Assembly: GCF_964213995.1 (NCBI RefSeq)
Contig: NC_135812.1
Span: 103,850,001-103,914,000 of the forward strand
Length of the DNA stretch: 64,000 nt
Reading direction: 5' to 3'
Source: Mustelus asterias
Taxonomy: Eukaryota
Position 1 is the first letter of the stretch. Each line of letters starts with the position of its first letter. The translations under genes were made by a program, and so were the position numbers. Positions 24,941 to 35,975 of this stretch are shown piece after piece. The notes beneath the pieces were generated by a model that was not told where the DNA came from, did no database searches, and worked only from the letters and a program-made list of their open reading frames with translations.

Positions 24941-27199
24941 TAATGATAGTCTTCTTAAATAAATTGAATTACTAAAAGTTGAATGAAATTATGTCGAAGT
25001 AAAATATAACAAAACGCTCTTTCTGACCGAGTTAAAAATATATCATTTATAGCAGCGGTACAAAATCTTCATAATTTGAAATATTTCAAAGCAGCTTTTT
25101 CCCGGGAACAGAGTACAAATAGGGTCTTATCTCAACTGGGATGAGGTGCAGAGGCAGGTTGGAACATGAGAACCGATTCAGTACTACTGCACTAAAATAG
25201 ATTCATTCACGACTATCGCTGACAGTGATCGAGAAGAGAACAATTTTCAGCCTGCGTTAGCCATCACTGAGAACGGTGACACAGGAGCAAAATACGGCGA
25301 GGACTTAGAAATATGATTGGAGTCACAGAGCAATACAGCACGCAAACAGGCCCTTCAGCCCAACCGGTCCATGCTGAACACTGTGCCCTCCCAATTAGTC
25401 CCAATTGCCCGCATTTGGCCCTTTTCCCTTTAATCCTTTCCCATCCATGTATTTATCCATGATTCTCGCCAGCAAGATCACGGTTACTGATTTTCCAGGC
25501 CCGTTGCCAGTGGCGTAACAAAAATCTTGCCATGGAAGGTAAGGAACCTCATTTAAATACATCTTATTTGCGAGCCCTCCCACTGGGACCTTCCCCGTCA
25601 CTGAATACTCATCTGGTGCCGGTGTGACAATTTATAACAGGTCTATAAAAATGAAAACCTGCCGACCTCACTTCGAAGAGGATATAGGAGATGAGTGCTC
25701 ATGTCGTCATTACCCTCCAGGGTGCCATTTGCAGAGAGGGCTTTGGCAAGGATGCAGGGCAGCCAGATAAGTGCAACTTCGGGCTGGATTCAGTCTCAGC
25801 ATCTCGGAGGGGTGGGGGGGGATTGCTCACAGGCATCAGCATCCCATCGTGGCTGTGAGCCTCTAGGTTTAAAAGGGCCTGGCAGCTGGTTTGCAGGCAT
25901 CACTTCCTGCGTCCTCCTTGCTGGCCTGGTGGCATTGTCACCACTGAGGGATTGCCCTTCTACAGCGGCAGCTGGAAAGTGGGTGGGAGCAGGTGAATTC
26001 ACAGGCTCAGAACAGGGGATGGCTGTGAGTTCCTTGGTGGGGTCCTGTGAGATGCTGGGCTGCATGGGCAGAGTGGGGGACTCTGACAGGGGGTGGTTTG
26101 CAGCCTCATGAAGGCTGAAGACCTTCACACAGGGGAGGACAAATGCAGTTGGAGTGAACCCTCACACTCAGGCTGCACTTTGAAGCCATAGGACATAAGA
26201 TACCTGGAAGTTCAAGGCCACTGGTTATGGAGGCCAGGCTGCCAGGGATTAGCATATGGGTGGTTGGCTGTCAAGTTGAAAGGCTTGTTTAAACCGCAGC
26301 CCGTGCAATCTGGAGGAATGAGGGTGTCATGTGAGGATGAAGTTGATTGCAAATTGCAGTCACATGCATCAGGTGTGCCTTGCCTATCACGAGTGTGCCA
26401 TTGATTGACACCCAAGTGTTAAACCCTTCAGAAACCCAGCCCCTCCTTGAAGAGGGAGCATGCAGTGTCCATTGGCACCCTCGGTCCTCTGTGCCCGTCA
26501 AGCACCATAGGGATTGGGGTACTTTATTGAGCACTTTAATCACCTTTTGTTTGACATTTTAGGTTTCATCTGTGATTTGTTTTTGTTAAATTTTACTTTG
26601 CCCCTCACTTTGTTTAATTTAGTTTCATTGGTTTTACAACAAAAGAGTTGGAAACCCAGCTGCGAAGCATTGAATTCCAAGGTTAATACTCATGTCCCCA
26701 TAACAGCAGTGACACAGATGTGGCCCCCAATGCAAGGCATTATGGTGAAGTTGCTCATCAGTCACCCCGTTCAGGAGATGAGGTGTGGCAGCGTCTTGTT
26801 CCCCTGTGAAGTCAGAATGCAGGTCCATGGAATATACTCAATTGCCCTTACTGCTCACCCTTGGAGGAGTCACACGGCCTGGTGAGGCTCTCAAGAGTTG
26901 AGGTGCTTCATTTTGGTGGAGTTGAGAGGGGCAACTGTGGTGAAGAAGCTGTGTATGACAGGGGAGGGAATGAGATCATTGGAAAGGAGTTCACATCGGG
27001 GGATGTGCATGGGTAGATATCCCAGATCCTGAGAGGGCTGTAGATCAGAACATTGTCAAGAATCCTCATCGCTCACTTTTCAGTTTTTGATTCGGGAGAA
27101 TCATGGAGCCAGTTGAGCTGGTAATTCTTTTGATTATGATCGAGCAACAGCAGCAACTTCAACATAATGCTGCCAGGACCACAGCCCTGCAGAGGAGGG

Positions 27200-28400
27200 G
27201 GATGCAGGGCCCACTGATCTTCCGGGAGCAGGGCCACAGATGACGAAGCCTTAGAGGAGACACTATTGGCCAAGGGCATTCTGCCCCAGAACTTCCTACC
27301 TCCAGGTGTCAGAGATCCAATGCGAGGGAAGACTGTGTCCGTCCTGTGAAACAGTGGGCCACCTGTGCCAGGTGATGCAAGAGATGAGACCACATGGACT
27401 GGAGCTCACCCACTGCCTGTCACTGCCACTCTGAACCTCTATGCCAGTGGTTTGTTTCAGGGCTGCACAGGTGACCTCTGCAGGATCTCCCAGTCAAATG
27501 TGCACGTGCATAAAGGAATTCAGAGATGCGTTTTTCCAAGGGCCTACATTTACATCAACTTGGACTGGGACCAGGCGAGCCAGGATGCCAGAGCCATGGG
27601 CTTCGCCCGCATGGCAGGCATGCCTTGGGTGCAGGGTATCATCGACTGCACCCATGTGGCTCCGTGCTCCCCATGGCGGCATGGAGCACCTTTTGTGAAC
27701 AGCAAGGAATAAAATTCTCTTGCTGGAATTCGATCGCCTTGCCTGCCACTTAATCGGAGCGGGCAAGGGACAGATAATGGAAATCTCCATTAACCTCTGG
27801 AAGGAATTTACAGTCTCGCTTAAGCAAAGCCATAAAATCCCACCCTCTATGTCCAGATTGTGTCATCTGTGACCACACAATGCACATCGTGCACGTGTGT
27901 GCCCATTTCCCAGGCAGTATTCATGATAGTTAAATTGGGGCGCTTACAGATCCCAGCCATTTTTGAGGGAGACCAGTGGCTGGAGGGATAGCTCCTCAGG
28001 GACAAAGGGTACCCACTGAGGAGGTGACGCCAGTGCAGAGGCTACCAACACCCACTGAGACTTACTACAATACAGCTCATGTGTCAGTGTGTGTGCTGGT
28101 CAAGCAGGACTGTTCAAGATGTGGATCAGTGCCTGGACTAGTTGGGGGCAGCCCTCCAATACAGCCCCCAGAGGATATCCTGCATCATAGTGGTCTGCTG
28201 CGCTCTGCAAAACCTGGCACAGCTGTAGGGCAGGCAGTTGGACCAGGAGGAGATGGAGGAGCAACGTACCCCCTCGGATGAGGAGGATGTCGAGGAGGGT
28301 GGCAAGGGATGACCCACGGAGGAGAAGGAAGGACCTCGGGCGATGGTTGGGGCCTGCAAGGGGCGCAGGGCAAGGTGCACCCTCATAGCTTTGGTTTGGT
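27200..28400 (+). pseudogene. Harbinger (HARBI1-like) transposase pseudogene
   Basis: HPLPV..LNLYASGLFQG..GDLCRISQS; GFARMAGMPWVQGIIDCTHVA; after an insert, CDHTMHIVHVCAHFPGSIHDS and GDKGYPL; acidic tail. Many frameshifts. Confidence 0.88.
27722..27845. mobile_element. Harbinger-type MITE inserted in the transposase
   Basis: GCTGGAATTC ... AAAATCCCACCC. The reverse complement resembles the MITE at 57239-57364. Confidence 0.6.
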
Positions 28401-30129
28401 GACAGCCAGGACGAGAGTGTGAAGACCTCTCCCACCATGGGGTCTGACAGCTGCTCACTACTGTGGTGCCTGCAGGTGGTCAGTGCAGTGGTGGCTACAT
28501 TCATGGGCAGGGTGCTAAAGTAATTGGTCAGACGCTACGGGAGAATGATGACGATTTGCAGTGAGGACACAACTGTGTTCCTCTTCTCCTCCAAGAGATG
28601 TTGGATTCCTGCCTAACAGAGCTGAACACCAATGAACAGGCTTATCTTGGGGTCCAGAGAGGCTGAGTGACACATCTCAAAATACTGAAAATTCAGGGGT
28701 CCCGATGTTTTTCTACGCCTACTGACGAGGTGGATAGACTCTCTACGTGTTTTCAGCCCTTGGCATCCTCATGACTAGAGAACAGTGGCAGACATGAGAG
28801 GTCTGAGTGTTGGTGGGGCGGGCTGGGGGGGGGGGGGGGGGGGGGAGGTGGAAGGAGAAGAGGGAATGAGCTTTTCATGGTGGGCCAGGTGGGGGCTTTA
28901 CTGCGTTGTCAGTGTGGGATATTGGAGAGACATAGCGCTGCCGTTCTCACACTGCACAGGGATGAAGCGCCGAATTTGAGCAGGATCTGTAAGGGTGAAC
29001 AAAGGGACACCCTTATGCTGTTGGCCTCGTTGCATTGCAGTGACGGCACCATCTCCTCGGACAAAAGGTGATGGAACTCCTCCAGTCAGCCTTGCAGTCT
29101 AAGGAGGGATGCTGTCATCCCTTCCTGATGTTGCGACTCTGCCTTTGCTCTAGCAGTTCTGGGACGACCAGACCCAGAGACACTTTATTAGCCTGGGGCT
29201 CAATAGAGCCCTGGGCTCCGGCATTGATCCGTGGTATGTTCCTTCCTCTGCCTGCTGTGGTTCTTCAGCTGTGAGATGCTCACCAGTGAGTGACCCACTG
29301 AGGTGTGAGTATCTATGCTGGTGGAGGAAATGGGTGACAGCTGCTCGGCTGTGAGATGTCTCCCTCGGAACTAATCTCCAGGTGGTGCGAGGATGGTTCA
29401 GGCTGGTCGACTGATTGACCGGCAAGGGAAGCGAGATGGTGTTAGTGTATCATGAGCAGATTGATGGGAGAAAGAAAATTCACTTGAAGCTTGCATCATG
29501 GCTGCCTGTGTTGAGGATTCTCACCTTTGTCTGGTGCCCCCTCCTTGCCTCTGCATAGGTGAGGTCCTGCTTTTTGACGGCCAGTTCAAGGGCTCTCTCC
29601 TCGAAATGTCATTCGGGTTCTCAGCTTGGGCATGACTCCGGCAGGCTGTGCCCGCTCATACCAGCTGTGCTCAAGTTTGTCCTGCAATGAAGCAGATGGG
29701 GAGAGTGTAGGCCGTCCTCCTGGCAGCCAGCCCGACTGGACTTGAAACAAGTGCTGGGGAGGCGTTTAAAAGGAGTGTCCCAATGATTACAGAGATTAAA
29801 TTTTTCTGAGGCAAGCGAATCAGAGGCAAAACACCACAAGTGCAGCGTGAATGATGTGGATAATAAATTTTGCTAAAGAGGCAGAATATACAGAATATAC
29901 CGCCGGGTGAATATACAGTGAGTTTCCCCAATTTTCTCGCTGGGAACAACACTGAGAAAATGTGGGAAAATTCTGCCCCAAGTTTCCTTCCAAAGTCCGT
30001 CATAGAATAATGCACAATATTTAATTTAATATATAAATTAAAAATAAATATATTTAGAATGATTAGGTATATAGCTCATATTCATAAATTTTCCTTCCTG
30101 CAACACCATTTATAACAGAAAATGTTATC

Positions 30130-30280
30130 CAGGGGACTGCTGCATTGTTGCAATGCTGTCTTTTGGATTAGACATTAAACAGGTTCAGTCTGTCCACTCA
30201 GGTAGATCTCCATATGGAAGAGCAGTGGAGTTTTTCCCCATTGTCCTGGCCAGTAATTATCCCTTTACAAACAGAAGTCA
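30130..30280 (+). mobile_element. Deu-domain SINE remnant
   Basis: GCTGCATTGTT..TGTCTTTTGGAT..CTCAGGTAGA..GAAGAGCAGTGGAG..TGTCCTGGCCAGTAATTATCCC. Confidence 0.6.
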
Positions 30281-30602
30281 TATTGGATTCTAAACATTAA
30301 TATTGTTTCTCTCTCCACTGATGCTGCCAGACCTACTGTAAAGGAACATATACAAAACAAAGGTTTCCGGGTAATGAACAGTCATAGATTTCAATCCGTG
30401 AAGATCCAGTAAAGTTCCCAAACTATAATTATTAGAAGTAGAATTTGACCCGTTTAGGCACTGTAATGTATTCATTCTGATGTTATCCTTGATTTTATTT
30501 TATGTACGCATTGGTAATTTTGGCTGATGCATAGAGAACGATAAATGAAATAATCAACGTCCTGAGAATGAATTTTATAAGAATTGGCAACATCTGAAGT
30601 TA

Positions 30603-31660
30603 TGTTCTTAATCGAGACCAGTAACTTTTTTTTGGAAAAGAAATCCAAAATCCCAGTTATTTACTGAAAGAATGATTTACCAGATTCCATGGTTTAAACA
30701 AAAGAATTTTTATTATACAAGTCAAAAAAGGCAAACACTAAATATTATCTTGGATAACCACCAATTCTCTAAAACCTAGAATCAATTTAAGTCAAGCATG
30801 AATCAACAGGCAAATTGCAGACAATTACAAATGATAAATTACACATTAATTCGCAGTTACAATTCAGGCAAATCTTACAATATATCTAAGCAATCCATTC
30901 AGCATAAAAGTTATCAATCTCAGTCACAAAAATACTCTGTCTTCCTCAAAGTATTTCAATTCCTCTTCTTGAGGTAGTCTGATCTCTAAGCCAACAGTAG
31001 CATACAACTAACCCGAGTTCTGTGGGTATGGTCTGCACCTAAAATGACACACGTCTGCAGGACCTACTCAACTTGGTCTGGATGGTCTGGATCCACCAAT
31101 GTTGTTTTAAACTAACAAGATCAGCTGCAGTAACTCTTATTTTGATTATTCTCAGCATCTAGGTCTAGCCTCTGTCTTCTTCACCATCTTGCCTGTACTG
31201 CACCACTGGACTCATCAACTACTATCGAACTTGAATTGATCGGTGTCCTTTAATATGTTTTCAACCAGGTTCAGTCTCCCTCAAAATTTTAGTTTCCTAT
31301 AGTAGGTTCAGTTTTTGTTTGAAACTGGCAGAGTCAGTTTCCTTTTCTTAATTGCCCTTTTTGCTTTTCCTTTTTAGTTAGGGTCTGACTCAAAAATTCA
31401 AGCTTTGAAACCACAGATTCCATGAATCTCAAAAATTCAGAGAACAAAAAATACAGTTTCTCTCTGCTCCAGTTACTGCTAATTTAATTCTATTCTCTTA
31501 GATCAGATGGTTAGAATGGTCAATTCTGTATAGTCCCACAAGTTAAATCAGGCACATTCCTTAACTGACCTTTCACAGGGTTTATCTGAGTATAGGATCT
31601 ATTCTTAAACAACCCAGCAGAATTATCAAAGATTTTCCTTAAGAAAAAGATAAGAACAAT
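30603..31660 (-). mobile_element. Possible solo LTR, apparently the target of the Harbinger insertion; may continue at 35304-35396
   Basis: On the minus strand TGTGA...AGAACA termini, with AATAAA ~110 bp from the 3' end. No clear TSD. Confidence 0.3.
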
Positions 31661-31860
31661 GGGGCCGATTTTACCAAATCGGGACTAAGGGCCGGGTGCG
31701 GCCGTAAATCAGACTCGCGCCTGGCAGCCGCGCTCCAGCGCCCCCATACGCCTTTTTTCAGTGCGGGTCTAGTGGGCGGGGCCTAGCGCATTTGCATCTG
31801 TCGGAGCGCCAAACTGCGCATGCGCAGTTCGGAGCCGGCAGCACAGTGCGCACAGGCGCA

Positions 31861-31988
31861 AAAGTCAAAGGCAGCGCTGACAGCAGTGGGGATGAAAGGA
31901 ATCCCCTTTGGAGGATAATGTCCTTGGACATTATCCTCCAAAGGGGATTCCTTTCATCCCCAGTGCTGTCTGCGCTGCCTTAGACTTT
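31861..31988. repeat. 128-bp palindrome (63-bp arms, 2-nt spacer, 3 mismatches)
   Basis: 31861-31923 is the reverse complement of 31926-31988. Confidence 0.95.
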
Positions 31989-31995
31989 CCCTAGT

Positions 31996-32108
31996 GGGGT
32001 GGGGGGGGGTGTCTGATGGGGATGATGCGATGTCTGTGCCCCTGGGGGTGGGTGGGGGGTGTCTGATGGGGATGCTGTGACGTCTCTGCCCCTGGGGGGG
32101 GGGGGGGG
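31996..32108 (+). repeat. G-rich ~50-bp tandem repeat, two units plus a G run
   Basis: G-run + TGTCTGATGGGGATG..TGCCCCT repeated twice, followed by a long G tract. Confidence 0.75.
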
Positions 32109-32334
32109 ATCCCTCCACCGGTGGGGAGGAGGGATCGGCCGAAGACTGCCTGCTCCATCCCCCCCCCCTCCCCCCAGGGGCTGACACGTCACTCACCTGC
32201 TCCGTTGCCGCCCCCCTCCCCCTCCCGCCACCAGGGAAAGGCAGAGCAAGGTCAGAAAAGGGCAGGAGGCTGTCGAAGGACTGCAGGTCGGAAGGATGGT
32301 GGAGGGAGACCAGCGATCGAGGTAGATTGGGGGT

Positions 32335-32789
32335 GTGCCCCGCCGAGGAGGGCCTGCCACCATGGGTAGGACGCAGGTGGTCCCCCAGGACTGGCAGTGC
32401 CAGGTGGCGCCAGGGCTTCTGGAGCTCACTGCAGAGGCATCGGTGTCCCATGGAGTGACCCAGGGGACAAAAGGGGCACCCAGGGAGGAGGATGGGCGCG
32501 AGCCCATGCCGGGGCATTCCAACCAGGAGACCATGGCTACGGCAACACCCTCCGACTCCCCCCTTCCCGACACTGGGGCATCTCAGGGACAGCGGGATGA
32601 AGAGGGTTCCATGGTAACATCCCAGACACCTGGAAGCCGGTCACAGCCCTCATGGTTCATGGCCTCTAGAGGACGGCCGCCACGCGCATCACAGGCCATG
32701 GTCGGCAGCTGACCCCCTCCCCCTCCACCGTACATTCTGGGGAGTCACTGAGGCGTAGTGCGAGGCAGCGTAAGGTTCGGAGGTCGTAG
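32335..32789 (+). pseudogene. Probable 3' remnant of Harbinger ORF2 (Myb/SANT partner gene)
   Basis: Low-complexity P/S/G/T-rich ORF convergent with the transposase. After a disruption it ends LRRSARQRKVRRS*, followed by ATTAAA near 32900. No Myb domain visible. Confidence 0.5.
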
Positions 32790-33372
32790 TTGCACTGGGA
32801 TGGCACGGGAGAAGGGCTGCACTAGTTGGAAAGGACTGGAAGTACCGCAGTGTTCTCTTTTCACAGGTTTCCGTGTTTCACCAGCTTACCTTTACTGGAA
32901 TTAAATGTATTCCCTCCGCAACCACCTGCAAATAGGTTGTCTCGAATAGCATCCCTGCCCCAATGACGGTCACCCGATGGATGCCTCATGGTGATATCAG
33001 TTGGGGTGGGCCCGCGATGCCGTGTCACTGAGCGAAGGAGGCAAAGGTAGCCATTGGTCTCTCATACCCCACGGGCGATGACCTCCCGTCCCCCAACCCA
33101 CCCGCCCCGGGGCCCTGTATGGGGGTTTCGGATACCTTACCCACTGGACCGGCGTGACCCCAGGTGCCACTGTGCATGTAGATCTCAGGCAGGAGTCAGA
33201 CTGGTTTGCACCAGGGTGTCATCCGAATAGTGCGTAGCGTGTCGTCATCACCCTCCTGCCTGGCAGACATATCGCGAGCACGGAGTACCCAGGCCTACCA
33301 CTCCAGTGTGACAACTGGAAGGCACATTCCGGTGTTGGGGGTGGGGGGAATGGATCCCACTATCACCAGACC

Positions 33373-34584
33373 CTAGCCACTGAACCACATGGTGATCAGA
33401 GTTTGTCTCGCCGCCCTCGCACACCTCCGCTGCGCTGCCAGCCCTGCACCGCCTGGCAAGTGTTCCATGGCGTCCTCAGCCTCCTCTTCCTCCACCTCCT
33501 CTTCCTCCACCTCCTCTTCCTCCTCCAGGTCACCTCGCTGCTGAGCCAGATTGTGCAGGGCACAGCACACCACCACTATGCGCGAGGTGACCAGGGGGCT
33601 GTACTGGAGGGCCCCTCCGGATCGGTCCAGGCACCGGAACCGCATCTTTAGGAGCCCAATGCACCTCTCCACTGTCGCGCGGTTGGCTACATGGGCCTCA
33701 TTATAGCGGGTCTCCGCCTCCGTCACAGGCCTCCGCACAGGCATCATCAGCCATGTGCGGAGCGGGTAACCCTTATTACCCAGTAGCCACCCCCGCAGCC
33801 TGGGCTCCTCCTCAAATACCTGAGGGATGTCGGACATCCTTACAATGTAGCTATCATGCACACTACCTGGATGTCTGGCGCAGACGTGCATGATGGTCAT
33901 GTTGTGGTCACAGACGCTTTGCACATTCAGGGAGTGGAACCTCTTCCTATTGACGAATCGTCGTGGATCCTGTAGGGGGGCCCTGAGGGCGACATGGGTG
34001 CAGTCGACCAGCCCCTGCACATTTGGCATCCCCGCAATTGCCACGAACCCTGCAGACCGGGCTTCCTGATCGGCATGGTCCAAGTCGAATTTGATAAACT
34101 GCCCAGCTCAGGCATACAGGGCCTCGGTGACCTGCTTGACACACGTGTGGACTGCAGACTGGGAGATGCCACAGATATCTCCGCTCGGGCTCTGGAAAGA
34201 GCCGGTGGCGTAAAAGTTCAGGGCTGCCGTCAATCCGACAGCCACTGAGAGTGGGTGCCCCCCCCCGCCCCTCGCCGCCAGGTCCTGCAGCAGGTCACAT
34301 AGGTATCGCATGGTCTCCTTTCGGAGTCTGAGACGTCGGCGGCATAGGGTGTCCGACATCTCCTCGAAGGAGACTCGTGCACGGAAGTGCTCCCTCCTTC
34401 TGCGAAGCCTCCGCCCTGGGAGAATGTCGGCCACCTCCTGCCTCTGATGGTCGTCTCCCTCCAGCCCTGTAGGTGGTATGGCCCGGGCCTCCTGGGCCCG
34501 CAGTTCTTCCTCCAGTTCCTCCTCCTCGGCTCCAGCAGCAACCAATAGTACAGCCACATCGATTGGTTGCATTCCAAACACCAT
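33373..34584 (-). pseudogene. Harbinger DDE transposase (HARBI1-like), 403 codons, one in-frame stop
   Basis: ORFs 34108-34680 and 33373-34083 are in the same frame, separated by TGA at 34108-34110. Motifs ALNFYATGSFQ, GLVDCTHV, NRKRFHSLNVQ, PGSVHDS, LLGNKGY, VERCIGLLKMRFRCL, CCALHN. Confidence 0.95.
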
Positions 34585-35111
34585 CTCGCCACTCTGAAAG
34601 GGGGGGTGGGGGTAAGGGGAGGGCGCAGGGGTGGTGGATTGGAGGGGGAGCGGGGAGGAGCAGATGTTGGAGTCATGCAATGCTGCTTGCCCCTAGCACA
34701 TTGACAGCCACAGCCCCCCCATTACCCTCAATCCCCCCAGCCCCAGGCTGCACACAGCCACAGTCCCTGGTTGCTTTGGCAGGCTGCTGCAGTGCTATGT
34801 GCACTCTGTGCACATCTTCAGCCTTCAGTGAGCTGTGGTGCTAGGACCCAGCTGCACTGCAGGGCTCAGTGTTGTGCAGAGCAGCAGCCCACCCCCCCAC
34901 ACAGTCCCTGAGACGCCACCCACCCGGGACAGCGGAATGGCCGCGACTTCCAACGCACGCAAGTACCACGGAGCCTCCGATCGCAACGCGCCTACCTCCT
35001 CTCACACCCTCGCTGTGGAAGCGCCTGTTCCCGACTTTTATTTCGCAGGTCGGTAATTGCGCGGGCGCAGATTGGGGCGGAGGACGGTAAAGTTGGGCGC
35101 GGGCTTCATTA

Positions 35112-35202
35112 GGCCGATTTAAATGCATACAAATGCATTTAAATCGGCCCGCCAGCCGATCCGGGCACGCCCCGGATTGGCCACTGGTAAAGGCGCGATT
35201 GG
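35112..35202 (-). promoter_or_regulatory. Putative transposase promoter with a 17-bp-arm palindrome
   Basis: GGCCGATTTAAATGCAT-ACAA-ATGCATTTAAATCGGCC at 35112-35149. Two CCAAT boxes on the minus strand (35176-35180, 35198-35202). Downstream there is a GTAGGC donor (34995) and a CTTTCAG acceptor (34594) before the ATG. Confidence 0.45.
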
Positions 35203-35529
35203 CCTTGGGTCGGGTCTGGACCGCGTTTTAGGCCCGACGCCCAACTTTACCATGATTTCGCACCCGAAAACGGGTGCGAAATTTTGGTAAAATCGGGCCC
35301 AATGTGTGCTAAGTTTGATTGCCAGTTACAGTGTGATGACATGAGCTAAAGTTCTTATACACAAAACTCAAATTTAGTGAGCAAGGTAGTATCACAGAAA
35401 TGTATTTATCTGATTTATAGCAGAAAACAGAACTTAAATGTGAAATTCAACACATCATTTAGACACACTTTCCGTTTTATCTCCTTATCAGTTCCTTCCA
35501 GGCCACACACATCCTCTTTCCAAATATTC

Positions 35530-35975
35530 TTTAATGGGATATGGGCATCATTGGCTCAGCACATTCCTAATTGCCCTTGAGAAGGTGGCAATCCTGAACG
35601 ACTGCAGTCCATATGGTGCAGGTATACATTCAGTTCTGGTAGGGAATTCCAGATTTTGATCCAATGAAAGTGAAGAAACAGTGATAGTTCCAAGTTGGGA
35701 TGATGTGTGGTTTGGAGGGAAACTTGCAGGTGATGTTCTCGTGCATCTGCTGCCCTTGTCTTTCTCGGTGGTAAAGGTCGCAGGTTTGGAAATGTTGTAA
35801 TAGAAGCCTTGGTGGATACTGCAGTGCATTTTGTAGATGGTATGCACTGCACTTCCACTGTTCCTAATCAGTCAATTTATCCTGGATGGTGTCAAAGCTC
35901 TTCAGTGATGTTGGAGCTGCACTGATCCAGGCAAGTGTTCCATCACACTCCTTACTTGTGTCTTGTAGATGGTAG
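35530..35975 (-). mobile_element. Old LINE (CR1/L2 group) 3' end; related fragments at 36760-37124, 37418-37478, 20800-21100 and 51885-51985
   Basis: Reverse complement ends TCAAGGGCAATTAGG..GCTGAGCCAATGATGCCCATATCCCATTAAAGAAT. Contains decayed YKMHCS..LPNLRPLPPRKTRA coding sequence. Confidence 0.55.

Larger units (their letters stand above)
25235..29979. mobile_element. Decayed (possibly compound) PIF/Harbinger transposon
   Basis: Right TIR GGGAAAATTCTGCCCC; the left TIR is degenerate. Internal transposase remnant on + and possible ORF2 remnants on -. Nested CR1 tail at 25319-25458 with ATGATT TSD. Confidence 0.65.
31661..35300 (-). mobile_element. PIF/Harbinger DNA transposon, 3640 bp, both ends intact
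   Basis: TIRs GGGGCCGATTTTACCAAA / TTTGGTAAAATCGGGCCC. TSD AAT at 31658-31660 and 35301-35303. CpG-rich, encodes a DDE transposase. Confidence 0.95.

Noticed and set aside
33373-34584. Host HARBI1 gene
   Set aside because: Lies between TIRs with a TSD and has an internal stop, so it is a transposon copy.
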